From Oikopleura dioica (Eukaryota > Animalia > Chordata): a DNA stretch of 64,000 bases. The notes under the pieces are model-generated. The model had not been told where the DNA came from and ran no database searches. It was given only the letters and a program-made list of their open reading frames with translations. Shown piece after piece: positions 37,001 to 49,413 of the stretch (within the stretch, counting starts at the first letter, position 1; each line of letters begins with the position of its first letter). The stretch covers positions 8,928,001 to 8,992,000 of the forward strand of contig OU015566.1 in NCBI GenBank assembly GCA_907165135.1. The letters are read 5' to 3'. The position numbers and the translations under genes were made by a program.

Positions 37001-40000
37001 CGTCCAAGTCCCTGCCGCACTCGATCGTTTTGGCGGCACCATCCATTCTGATCTCGAGTCGGAGACGGCCGTTGATAATTTCTTAGTGAATAATAAATTA
37101 CAAAAGAACAAAATTATCAATTTTCCAGCCACGAAGTTCATCGCGGTAACAAATCGGGATCAAGATGTTTTTTGCGAAGTTAAAATAGCGTAGATAGAAA
37201 TTACAAAGCAATGAGTAAATATGAAATATCTGTCGCGAATGAGAATACCTAGTCGATAACCATCTTGTCCGTTGTCTCCCGATGCAGAAATCAAAACTCC
37301 GTTCCCAGAATTGGAAGAGAATCGTAGTGATATAACATCTTCTTCGTGTTTTATTTACGAACACCAAATCATAAAGGTTCAATAAGAAAACATTCTTCTA
37401 TCATCAGAAATACGAATAAAGTAATTTAAATTTGTGAATAAAACACTATCCTGTTTCAGAAGTAATTCCCTCTCCAGGAAACAGCACCTTCACTTCATTG
37501 TTTCTTCCAAATATCTCGTAATTAGCTAAAATGCTCAGAATTGTCCAAACTCTCATTGTTCCTGTTTAAAATTCGATAATTCTATGCAGGCTCTTTGAAA
37601 ATTGCAAGGGTCTATTGTAAATCAGCGAGAAAAAAAAGGAGGACGCAAGCGCGCGTCGCCCTAAGCGCTTTCCGAAGATGGATGCCCAGCGAACCTAGTG
37701 CGCCACCAATTTTTATTTTTTTCTGCGAGGGGTTGAAATTCATTCCCCTGAGGGCCTGCCATAGTTAATAAGACTAACTGTATATTGAGGCAGCTTCGGG
37801 CAACCGTGTTTTAGTCCGACAAAATAATCAAAACGTCACGACATGTTAATTTAACTGTAAATTATTATTCGCGTCAGAATCCTTCTCTGTAGAATGAACG
37901 CGTTTCGTTCAGAGTTATCAATATGATTAACATTTTTTTTTATTTTTTCTCTCTAGCGTCTCATCTTTTTATTTTGAAAAAAAACATAATTACAATTTAA
38001 AATTGGCATCATATCAATTTATTTTTCTCCTAACTGTGTGAACTAATTGTTTAACCCTCTCACCCTGCCCAACGTGTACCGTCTATTTAATTTAAAACAT
38101 AAATATACCTTTGAGTTCACAGCGACGACCATTCCAGTCCGCCGCTTCTCCCGAACAACTGCAGGTGAACCCTGCGTAAGGCGAGGGCATGCACTTCGCC
38201 CTATTCAGACAAGGATCATTTGCACAATCTGTAGATCGACAAGTCTGTGGTGGCTTCGCTTCACAGCATCCTTCTTCAGTTCCATAGGCCCGTTGAGCAT
38301 ATCTTGTGACTAAGAGAGTTCAGAATTTCCGTAAGGGCAAAAGGCCTTGAAGAAAATCGTGAACTCTGACTTCGATCGCCTTCTCTCCGAGTGTGACATC
38401 CTTGATGCATCCCATGAAGCCTATTTGCGCAAAAGCGAGACGCAATTCCGATGGAAAGATGAAGCTTGACCTGACAACGGCAGTATCAAAACCTTTTAGT
38501 AATTGATTTTCAATCTAAGTTGTTTAAAGTCTATTTAAAATTAAAATAACAAGCAAAAATCTGTTTCTCCTAAGGTCTCGAATAATAACATAAAAGATCT
38601 CAAATTAAAGAAAACCGTGCCTCCCAGGTAGACCTCTCCGATGCTGCCAAGTCCGCCGATGTTCATCGTGCTAGTATCGCCATCAATCGTTACTTTCGCC
38701 CCAGAGTTATCAGCTAAGATCTTCAATAAGTGCCAGTCGCCATCATGTAGCCTCGACGCTTTTGACTGGCTAATTTGGAGATTTCCTTTCGCATCTCTGA
38801 AGACGGCGCTTAGTCTTCCTTTGTAGAGTTCGACTGATGCAAATGATCCCTTGGGAGTATACGCTCCGGAAGTGATGAGAAGAAGGCCTTCGGATTTGAG
38901 TGTTCTTTGATGAGAAGCTTATCAATCGACTTTGACCTGTGGAAATAAAGGAGGACTCACACTGGAGACAAGAATAATCAATTTTAAATTTCAAGGCTTC
39001 TTTCCTGAAAAAGAAGCTGATTGAGAATGAACCAGGGTTTTTGACGAGAACTTGGGACTGTAACTTCACAAAACTCTCAGGCGTCACAAATGACAAAGTC
39101 TTTGCCGTTGTAAGCCTGCAACCAATGGTCGGCTTTCCCTTGAGAACAAAGTTGCGTTCTTGGCGCTGGTCATTTAGAATCTCATCCGCCCATTTCGAAA
39201 GTGTTAGCGGAAGTCCTCCCTCTTTGGTGCTGTACTGGATGTTCTTGAGGCATCCGACGAACCTATCTGTCACGGTATTGCCTGGCAGTTTTCTGATCAC
39301 GTTTTCGGGAGCTCCCGCAACGTAAATCTTGTTGGCAATTTTCAAGTTTGCGCCATCGATGATCTTTGCATCCATAGTTTGGTTGATATTGTCGACTTGG
39401 ATCATAACCTTAAGTGATGAAAATTCAAGAAATCCCCAATCAACGAATCAACACGGCGATTATACCTGCATGATAACAGCCTGGCTTATCTACGCAAAGA
39501 TTGGAAAAAATGTTAGTAAAGCTTTGATTTTTGGGGTAAGTACTTAGAGACATAGATGAGATCAAGTTTATTTGGCAGCTTACCTCGTTTAGTTTCCGAT
39601 TGACTCTGAGAGTATGCCAGTTTCCATCGGCAAATGATTTGATGCCAGTCTCAGAGCTCAGAGATACCGACAACAGATTTTGATAAACAAAGATGTTGAA
39701 CCTTGAGGTTGGCTTAGAATTAATCGAAAGTTACTGGCACAAGTGTAGAACGGGTTCAAACGCACTCAGAACGTTGTTCGTTAGATTAATAATAAAATTA
39801 AGCCATTCCGAAGATCACCGTCTATCAAAGCCAAGTTCAGGTAGTCTGTTCCCGTTCCTGCATGCAAGATAAGACCGGTCTGCGATAGGATCTTTACATG
39901 ATGATATTTTTAGAAAATTTTCTAGAGAACAAATAACCCGATCCTGTCGCTGAGTCTTGAATGAGACTAAAAGTGAGTCTCTGAAACTTGTAATGGGACT

Positions 40001-42600
40001 GTCCCTCGCTAGTGAGTACTCCATCCAGTCGATTCCTGTGAAACTTTGTACGGCATCGCCGTCAACTAGAACGCAGATTACAATAATTCAATGCTGTTAA
40101 ACACAGATCAAGCTGATATTTATATGAAACAGAAATCATTCCATCATTTCGAGAGCATTACAAATAAATCTCAAATGATTGAGTGGTCGGTTAACTATCT
40201 ACGGTATGTTTAGTACAGGGCTGGGTATATATAGATGAAGTAAATATCCGCATCACAACTTTGGATATTTGAAGCAATCGGTACGAGGCTCGTACTACGA
40301 GCTGAAACTTTCGGTGCCTTACACTTTGATATTTGCCGTGCAAGACGAGCGGGACGTCCTTAAAAATTGGTGCAAAAGCAAAAGAGTGATTAAGAAAAAA
40401 ATAGTGCTAATAAGGTGGTTATATGAGTTGTGACTGATGCTACTAATTCTAAGTGAAAAATAGTAAATAGATTAGGAAGACAAGAATCGTAAATTTTTAA
40501 TTTTAACCTGTTTCATCGTTTTCATCTTTGATCGTATTAATATTTAAATTCTGAGATCAATGCCAGAAATACCTTTTTGACAGTAATCACCGCTGTAGCC
40601 CACTGGACATGTGCATTTTGGCGGCGCACCTTGCTTACACACGCCTCGATTTTGGCATGGGTTGTAGAGACAGGCATCTTAAAGAAACTTTTGAGGACCA
40701 TAAAACTGTTTATTGTTCTTATCGTTTGATGTTAGCAAATCAAAATGCACATAAGCCGCTAAGCAGCCGTTGCAGCATTAGAACAATTTTTTTACCCCGA
40801 CATGACGATCGGGTACTTTTATCAAAATTCTCACCAGTGATACTCAGTTTCTTGACACAATTCGATGGACTCATCATGTCTGGAAAGACAGAAATACTTT
40901 TTCGGGTTCTCTAAAACCGTAATTTGACAGAAGGCTGTCCTCATTACGGTATGTCTATGCTATATTCTTACGAGAGAATACCGTACGTATCAGTTGAATT
41001 TATTATGTGATGGGTTGAAAGGAAAGTCCATCCAAAATGTACATTATCTCGAGTCGAGTGAACCCTTCCTGTTGATCTGAAATTCCCTGAGGATGCCCGA
41101 GAATGAGTCGCGCTTATATACTTTTGGGTAGACAGTATCTGACAATTTCTTTGTTTCTGGAAAGCCACCGATGTAAACATCAGACTATTTGGGCTGAGCT
41201 AAATGTACTGTGTGTATTTATTTTAAATCATGCATGGAAGTTTTAGGTGCGCCTTAAAAAGGCCTGAATAATAAATTACGGGCGCGGTTAATCTACAGAG
41301 ATTCTATGGTTAGTTTCTTACGGGGATAATATTGCATTATTTGATTTTCTCCCTTGATAATAAGCTATTCTATAATTCAAGAAAGGAAGGAAAATATTGT
41401 GTCGTTCAAGGTCGATCCTGAATGAAATAACAATTATGCATTTTTAGCTAGAATCAGAATCAACAAGTGGCTTTACCCAGCCATGCCTTGATATCAATAG
41501 GTCGGTCAGTGATGATGCTTTTTGAGTCGCCCTCGTCGGTCGTCAACGAAATGGAATTGTCATCGAAGGTGATGACAGCCACATGAACGGCCTTGTCCAG
41601 TACAAAGCCACCCTTGATCATTTGTATTCTCTTCTTGTCGGCTTTTGTTGCGCTTAGCAAATCATATGCTCGAAAAATTGACGTCAAATAAATTTTAAGA
41701 CGTCGTGCTCCTGTACTTTTTCGTATTAAAGCGTCTGCTTCTTGAAAAGTTCAGTTGCGTAGAAAAGATTCGACAGTAAGTGGGCACTCGATATTTAAGT
41801 ATTCTTGAAGATTTATCGGAACTTTAAGAACGTGCAGAACTATCAAAATTGAATATTTATGGCACTACAGAAGACCTGATCCTGGATCAATGGTCTTGTC
41901 TGCTGCTTTTTACTGTGGATTTTGAAAATAATGGAGTATTATTTCAATTGAAATGAAGTACCGGTATTCTTGATAAGACTTTTTCGTCCCTTGAGAATAA
42001 AATGGATGTCCACAAGGCACTTGAATAATCGCCTTTACTGTAAAATATGTATGAAAACTTTTATTTATTTCAATGACTGAGAAACAATTTAGGGGGAATA
42101 CAAATTGTAGTTGATTAATGGCTTATTTTAAGCACTCAGACATCCCTTTCTGAATGCTCCTTACTTCCCCTACTCAAAGCAACATTTTGCTTAAATAAAA
42201 AAGAAATAGTAATGACGTTAATTATCATATAAGCGTGGCTTGAACTTCAAGAAGTAGCTGACCCGCAGAAATGATGAGGGAGACAAACTGGTCAACGGCA
42301 TTATCTATAAACGGAACCGTAAGCAAAATTTCCCTAAATCCCTATCTTACCAAAGTAAAGAAGAAATATTGAAGCTGAACTGGTCGATTTTCTTGGAAAT
42401 ACATTTGGAAGATCTACATATTGAAATTTCATTGTGATAGTTTTGAGCGAGTCGCTGTTGAATCTGTTCGTTGTGTAAGAAAGGGTTTGTTTTGAGCATC
42501 CTTCTTTCGATTTGAAATTGATGCGTTCAGGGTCATGCATCCTTGACAGATAAAATAAATTCTTTAGGCATTCAAATCCAGTTCCTTCTAGCTGCCATGA
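31046..42600 (-). CDS. NRXN: Alpha-neurexin-like protein (6 LNS/laminin-G + 3 EGF, TM, PDZ-binding tail); 5' end not located
   Basis: Domain order and motifs match alpha-neurexin: LNS1 (SIFLLYF.DQFVSLIISAGQL), EGF1 ACLYNPCQNRGVC, LNS2 (SFKTQRQ.TGLILHAGTGTDYLNLAL, FADGNWHTLRVNR, FVGCLKNIQY), LNS3 (LSFVTPESFVKL, GFMGCIKDV), EGF2, LNS4 (TEDVISLRF, LDDGQWRTIMI), LNS5 (EGFLGCVG), EGF3 CKNGGLCRQGWDGPKCDCSGTSF, LNS6 (IDDGQYHQIRI, VFNSQSEIQIGG, PFKGKILG), Thr-rich stalk, TM VAFAAGVLLVLIVAGLVFY, tail ending KNSEFYV*. Confidence 0.9.
35507..36277. mobile_element. Foldback-like gactaggttcgtga element in a neurexin intron (right copy)
   Basis: Paralogous position to 23318-23958 but longer, with more and more varied units. 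Confidence 0.8.
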
Positions 42601-45001
42601 GGTAAGTGCTTGCGCGAGTGAGGGCTGTTTCGTCGGGATCAATATTTGTGACAGGCTAGTTATTTATAATGGTTTACATTATCTGGCGATTGTGATCTCA
42701 CGCTTTTTAATGCTTAATTAGCACGCTTCTACTGTATATAGTGCCGAATTATCCATCCCTTTCCTGGATCGATAGTGTCAACAGAATTGGTGTAATGAGA
42801 CTTTTTGACATTTTAACTCAAACTTGCTTCCTTGAAATTTCGTCTATCGAGTTGGAGGCGGCTAAAATAGTCGTAAGATTTTCCATTTCTAAAATTCCCT
42901 CGCGAATTTTAATGTTTAGAATCTGCGCGGACGAGCCTGGACTAACAGACAAAGTTCGTTGGGGATAAAAAAAGTGCTAACTTTCTAAAATCTCTATTTT
43001 TCAAGCTATAAAACAATAGCTAGCCGCGGAAGAAATCATTTGATCAGGTTTGAATGCGCTGTGGCAGGCAATGAAAACTGTAGAAGAGCGTATAAAATAT
43101 GAATAGATGTGTCCCTTCATATGTACATAACTGACAAAAAAGTTATACCGTCAAAGAACCAGTAGATATATCATGTATCGGATATCAAAAAGTCATCTGT
43201 CAGTTCAGCAAGGAACGCATATTTCCATCTCTTTCAAAGCAAAATTAGAAGCTTGTTTAGTCAACAACGAAAAACGCCTCTTTCAAAATTAAATTATTCT
43301 GATTTTTTCTTACACTCATGTCTCAAGATCCCTCTGAGTGAACAATTAATAATTTGATTCAATGCATAAAGTCTGAATATCGACTGATGCAACTATATCT
43401 TTCTCTCGAGTGAACTTTCTAGTGGGCACATAAGGGACTGCATTTGGGCGAGCGACGCTTTAGAATTGATTCGCGGTCAGCTTCCTTGGCACGGACTTTT
43501 AATCCACGTTAAATAATTTTCCCGAGTTTACAAAGAATCAGCATTTAGAAACACGCAGACTACCTAATACTTGCTAGGCTCTACCTTAGCTGGGGTGGCT
43601 TATCCTCGGGACAATATGTCAATCGCGCCTAAGCGACTCTTGATTCGGTCTTACGCTGTTTATGTAAAGACTCGATATAGTTAGAATCTGCTTCCATCGT
43701 GAATTATTACCGAGCTAACATTGTTATTTCCAAGGGTAAATAGAAAACTCGCCCCTAAAATAACCTATTTGTTCGTCCCTTTTGAGTTCTGTGAAACATC
43801 TCCTTTATCAATTAACGAGAACCTTATTTCCTTGACGAAATTCAATTTTCGTCTATCAAAGACGGTCTATTTGACGACAACCTCCTCTCTTTTATAGTAC
43901 GGCCATTTTTCTGCGTCCGTTTTTGACAACCGATCTTTTCGCATGCAAAAAGCCAAAGTCTGAGTGCCAGCTCCATTTATTTTGGGAACGTGTTCGACCT
44001 TCCAAAACAGTACTTTTAGCCACATGCAAAAACAACTTCCATTGTTAAATAATTCCTTGACGTAGCTATCCTCCAGAAACAGACTCGTAATAAAAGATAA
44101 CCTAATGTATTCTTAGAAAAACCAAACATGGTTCCTTTATTAAAAAAGGACTTAAAAACTAACTTCAGCTGATAATGCTCAAGTGCTCAGTACTTGCTCG
44201 TACTGAAAAATGATAAAGGGTGCATTAATAGATAATATACGCCCAAAAACTCAGGAAGGGTCGTTCAAAGAAAACTAAGACCTCTGAAACAAGTTCATTA
44301 TCCTCTTTATTTAGGTTAAGCCTTTTATACAACAAATGATGGGTTCAAATTCTGTGATATGCAAAAGAAATTGGAAACTTATATTCAGAAAGAATTAAAT
44401 ATGTATCTGAAAATATTAACACGGAATCTTACGCGAGGTATACAAATTGGTTTTAAAAATTTAAACTTTAAATGTTATCGAATTAAATTTTGTTGAATAT
44501 CGGAGCTTAGGTTGAAAGAATCTTATCTTAAATAAAGCAATAAAAGTTTCAAATGAAAATTTTCGAAAGATTCTTTTGAGAAACAGTACCCGCTTGTCAA
44601 ACTTACAAGATTAAATTCTACTTGTAGAGATCTTCTTTGAGAGTACTAACAGGATCGTATCTATCTGATAGCTGATATATTCTCTACTGATGGATATTCA
44701 TCAATTCTTTGACGGAGTAAGGGACGCGCTTGCAGCTTTTTGACTCAGGCGCGCCATCATTCTTTTGTATTATCCATTTTTTTGGTATTTTTTACAATGA
44801 AGAATTGAATATTTAGGGGTTTATCTTTTTTCATCTGGTGAGAAAGGCATTAAACTTGAAATAATTATCCATACAAAAAGTTATTTTTCTTAGTTTATTA
44901 TCTCGGATAAGGGAAGAAGAACAGAATGAATAAATAAAGTCGAACATTTGACTTCAAAGCACGAGAAGAAATAATAGAGCTTGTGAATAAAAAGAAGATT
45001 C

Positions 45002-45922
45002 TTACGCGGTGTCGACGGATTCTTCGATAAGCTCTCGAGTTCCATCAGCGTTGACTCTCCAGGTTCGGAAGACAGTCTCGACCTGTGGCTCTGGTTGAAC
45101 AACAACGACTGGTTCAGGAGCTGGGACGTAGGCTGGCTCGCACTTGGTCTTGCCCTGGTTCATCATCATGAAGAAGAGAAGAGTTTCATTGTCGCCAGAG
45201 TCGTCCATGAGAAGAAGAGGGAGCATCATATCGGTACCAAAGGCGGAGCCGGGTGCCTGAGATTGCATAGCCATCATCAAAACGAGCATGTCAGACTGGC
45301 TATCATCGTTGTCTTCACCGTCGAGAAGGAGAAGAGGGAGCATCATGTTGAAGTTGTTGTCGAATCCTTGTTGAGAGTTCATGCCACCGGTCATCGAGTT
45401 GAGGAGGACCATGAGAAGAACAGAGTCGGTAGAGTTTCCTTCATCGTCGAGGAGGAAGAGAAGTGGGAAGATATTGTCCATACCGACTGGAGAATCACCC
45501 ATAGTCTGCATCATAAGCATAAGCATAAGATTGTCGCTATTGCCATCTTCGGAGTCCATAAGGAGAAGAGGAAGCATGGCGCCGAACTGATCGTCAGTAG
45601 CAGTTTCGCAGTTATTCTGGAGCATAGAAGAGTAAAGGAAGAAGGAAGTCATATCCAAAGTGCTGTTACTGTCATCGTCTGAGAAAAGAAGAAGTGGAAG
45701 GATGGAGTTCATATCGTTCATGTTTTCTCCTTGCATCATCATCATCATGAGCATCATTGAATTATCTGAGGAGTCGTCGGAATCAAGGAGAAGGAGCGGG
45801 AGTATGCTGTTCATCTGCGATGTCTGGCCAGGAGCAACTTGCTGTTGCTGTTGCATCATCATCATGAGAAGCATCTCATCAAGGGCGAAGGAGAAGGTGA
45901 AAAAAAGTGAGAAAACCTTCAT
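45002..45922 (-). CDS. Secreted Met/Leu/Asp-rich repeat protein, 306 aa, single exon
   Basis: Signal-like MKVFSLFFTFSFA from the ATG at 45922; six repeats of [M/I][L/F]PLL[L/F]x - acidic linker - Met/Leu-rich run. Confidence 0.85.
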   Translation of the reverse strand: MKVFSLFFTFSFALDEMLLMMMMQQQQQVAPGQTSQMNSILPLLLLDSDDSSDNSMMLMMMMMQGENMNDMNSILPLLLFSDDDSNSTLDMTSFFLYSSMLQNNCETATDDQFGAMLPLLLMDSEDGNSDNLMLMLMMQTMGDSPVGMDNIFPLLFLLDDEGNSTDSVLLMVLLNSMTGGMNSQQGFDNNFNMMLPLLLLDGEDNDDSQSDMLVLMMAMQSQAPGSAFGTDMMLPLLLMDDSGDNETLLFFMMMNQGKTKCEPAYVPAPEPVVVVQPEPQVETVFRTWRVNADGTRELIEESVDTA

Positions 45923-46001
45923 TTTGTTGATTTTCAAGTTTCACTTGCTGCTTGACTTTTTCTTTCTCTGTTTGTTATAAGAGGAGAAGATGAGTTTGAT
46001 G

Positions 46002-46029
46002 ACTGAAGCAGTCTCGCAATCATTTTATA
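46002..46029 (-). promoter_or_regulatory. TATA box plus Inr-like core promoter of the Met-rich gene
   Basis: Minus-strand TATAAAA (46023-46029) followed by TCAGT (46002-46006), about 80 nt before the ATG. Confidence 0.5.
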
Positions 46030-46463
46030 TGGAACATACGACTCAAGAAGCCATCTTGTGAGCAACGGTTGGTTCACTTTACGCTCTGGTAAAATTGCGA
46101 CTTATCGACCTTATCAGATGGCAGGTGGATAAGGGCACCTAAGCGCAGAGGCCCATGAAATTGACCGGGATTTATTGTCCCTCTATAACTCTCTGTTGAA
46201 ATGCCGTAGATTTTCATTGAATAGCGAATTTATTCAAACAGCTGATAAGTCCTGCTTACTTTTGTTGACCTGTTTATGTTGTCTCCTGCTATATATTTAT
46301 AGAATTGCGAGATAATTTTGACGCTGTTTGTTCAAAATTATTTCCTTGTTTTGAAAAATATTTGGTAGTGTATTAAATATAAAAATAAAAACAAAGATTG
46401 ATGTGAAAACATACGAAAATAAAAAATCATTGAAAACTGTACAGGAAAAATAATCTAGCAAAT

Positions 46464-49219
46464 TCAAGCAGTCATTGGATATTTGGCCTTGATGTCTTCC
46501 CAGGAGACGTCGATCTTTTGATTCATCTCGCGGAATTTTTCAATGTCTTCTTCCTTCTCATTTGATTTCAGGTAGTGCGAACGAAAGTAAAGTACAGTGT
46601 CAATGTGACTGCCTTTTTTGATGGCCAGATCCAGTGCTTCCTTCCATGCGCATTTAGCAAATAACAGCTAAACATTGTTGAATGAATGACGATAGAAACT
46701 AACTTACCGGAAGAGTATCTGTAAGCTCACTTCTTTTGGCAAGTACGTCCATTGTCTCTGGTTCATTTCCAAGCGCTTTGAGTTCAATAACTTGAAGAGT
46801 CTTGTCACTCTGAAATAATTCATCAATTGAATGTCTATCCGAACGATACTTACAGTTTCATTAGCTCTGTTAATTTGTCTAACTCTATCCACTTTTCCAA
46901 GCGCTTTGTAGCACTCGGCCAGCACTTCAGTTTGGTTATGCTCCAAAGCAAAACCACTCAATGTCTAAGAGAAAACTTATCAATTGTCATGCCGGGCAAA
47001 GATTTAGTACCATCCATAAAGACTTATCAGCAGCAAAGCGGCAAATAGAAAGTCCTTCGCTCAGCTTTCGATCTTTAACGGCTTTGATCAAAAGTGTTGC
47101 TAGTGGATTCAAGCTGCCACGGATAACGCTTCCGTCGTGATTTCTCAAACTGACTGTACCTTCGTTAAATGCTAAAGAAAAGTGAAAAAGTTGGTACAAT
47201 TCAAGTGGTTACCAAAAAGTCTTGGATTCCTTCCCAAATTAGTCGCCTCAATAGAAACAGTTGACTGCGCAACAAGTGCATTATCGACGAACGCAATGGC
47301 CGGATTGATGAGAGCCTCGACCTGCGAGCCTTTGAGAAAAGAAAGGACGGGAAGTGTCGAAGATGTCATAATCGCCGTGACATTGGACATAATCCGATGT
47401 GGGACGAGTTTTGGCGTGCCAAGCTTCATTATGTACAAGTCTTTTTGCTCGTCTACGAAGGAGAGTAGCTGCTGATCTGCTTGAAGCTCCACGTGGCGAA
47501 TATTATCCTAGAAAGAATGCTAGCTCAAGATAAATATTCAATTGAATACTTTATGAGTAAGGAGTGGACTTGATTCCAGCGATTTAACCGATCCGTTGAT
47601 GGCCTTTCCAGTCATGTTCTCAAATCCAATCAAGTTTCTTGCATCTCTAGGGTCCACAATGACACAAAATCGACTGTTCAACGCCACTTGTGCAAGATTC
47701 ATCGCTGTCAGACTAAAGTTGAACCGGTTCTCTGACTTAAAATACCGTCGACACTTGAGTATAATTTTAGGCAGGTACCTGTATTCTGCCTTCATAAGTT
47801 AGAATGATGATCGCTGTGGTACTGACGACAGCAAAGAGCTGGTCTGTTTGCTTTATGAGATTAGGCGTATGCTCTTTGAGTTCAACAAGCTGAGGCGTAT
47901 TAAGTCGACCCTTGACGAATATTTGGAGCTGTTCTGTCGTCCCGATTACGATATTTTTATATCCGGTCGATATTGAGGTTATTCTTTAATAACTTTGAAA
48001 GAACTTAACAGAAAACAAGCAAACCTTTCAGTTGTTTCAATCATATCTGTCGTTGCCGAGTCGATTTCCGTCACTTTGATCGCCTTCGAATTCATCTGCT
48101 CAAGCTGATGCGTGTCATCTTCAACCTTTACTCCGGCAATATCGAGCCTCAATAATTTCCCCGATCCGGTACCAGTCGCTGCGATGAGATTATCTTGGCT
48201 CCAGCAAAAACGGAAAGGCGATCCAAGATTCGTTTGTTGAACGGAAGAGATCGATTTGCCAGAAGGATCGCAGAATTTCACGATGCCAAAGGTTCCAACA
48301 AGTAGACTGTCGGCATTTGGAGAAAAGGAGATTGAAGTGATTGGGAATTGATGATCTGCTGATTGAAACAATAGACGTCCAAATAGATCCCAGATTTTAT
48401 ATTTTCCATCTTCACCTCCCGAAGCAATTGTATCGCCTGATCCCCACGTGACGCAGCTCACAACGGGTTCATGAGCGGTCCAGACTTCCCCAGTTTGTTT
48501 CATATTTCCAGTCAGCGTTTTGATCTCTATCTTACTCTGGCAAGCGTAAACGACTTTAGAACCATCAGGGGACCAGTCAAGCGCGTAAACAGCGTGACCG
48601 AGGTTGGTCAAGGTTGAACGTAGTAGACCTGATTTGGACCACACTTTGACGACGCCATCTTCGCCACAGGAAGCGAGCTCAGAGCCGCTGGGAGATGCAA
48701 CAACTTGGATTGCGGCGCCTTCGTGTGCTGGCCATTTTTCTCAAGTTTGAGGTGATAACTAAAATTATAAGTGTAAGTTCTGTTTTGAGAAACAACAGAT
48801 AAATGATTGCATGCAATTGGTAAGTGGATGATAAATGGCAACCTTTGTACCTAACGTCGATTTTATCATGTGATTCGTCCCTTTTAGAAAAAGATATGTT
48901 ATTTGTTATGAATCAAGTTGATAATCAACAATAAAATATTGAATGTTGTTCCTTACTTATTATAATTAATCATCGTTATACTCCCATCGGAGCAAGCGAC
49001 GCAGACTTGACAGCCTTTTCTATTCAAACTTGGCATTATCGTCAAATCGACAGGATATGCATCTGGTCCAAGATCGAATTCAGCGACATTTTCTTTTTTA
49101 TTTATTGTTATTACTGTCAACTTGTGGTTATCTGACGCGCTAAAGATGACTTCGCCAGGGCCAAAGCCGAGAGCGGAGCATATACTGTCGTGGATTTTGT
49201 ATTCATGCGATGTGATCAT
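46464..49219 (-). CDS. IFT80: Intraflagellar transport protein 80 (WD40 + TPR-like)
   Basis: WSKSGLLRSTL, VYALDWSPDGSKVVY, WTAHEPVV, IASGGEDGKYKIWDLFGRLLFQS.HQFPITSIS, SFVDEQKDLYI, WKEALDLAIKKGSHIDTVLYFR, DVSWEDIKAKY. One apparent 1-nt frameshift in the T5 run at 48735-48739. Confidence 0.93.
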
Positions 49220-49413
49220 TCTAAAACATGGAATTACAGTCAAAATACATCCGGACATTCCAGGGTACTACGAACTAGACAACTTTGGCCTTGAGTTCCA
49301 AGAGTCTCCGCCCAATAAGGTAAAAGCATGTACAAGAACGTCACTGCCCGCGGCGATTCTAGAGGTACCCAACTAGTAGCAACGCAAGCTCTCAGCAGGG
49401 TATCGGGTTGAAA

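Larger units (their letters stand above)
29523..41774 (+). repeat. Tandem segmental duplication, right copy (about 12.25 kb)
   Basis: Ends at gaaaagattcgac (41774), the same sequence that precedes the junction at 29522. Confidence 0.97.

Noticed and set aside
42757-42811. MSKSLITPILLTLSIQE as a possible neurexin signal-peptide exon
   Set aside because: Plausible but no supportable donor/acceptor pair was found; left unassigned.
45095-45980. Long plus-strand ORFs overlapping the Met-rich gene
   Set aside because: Antisense shadows of repetitive ATG/GAT/CTT codons.
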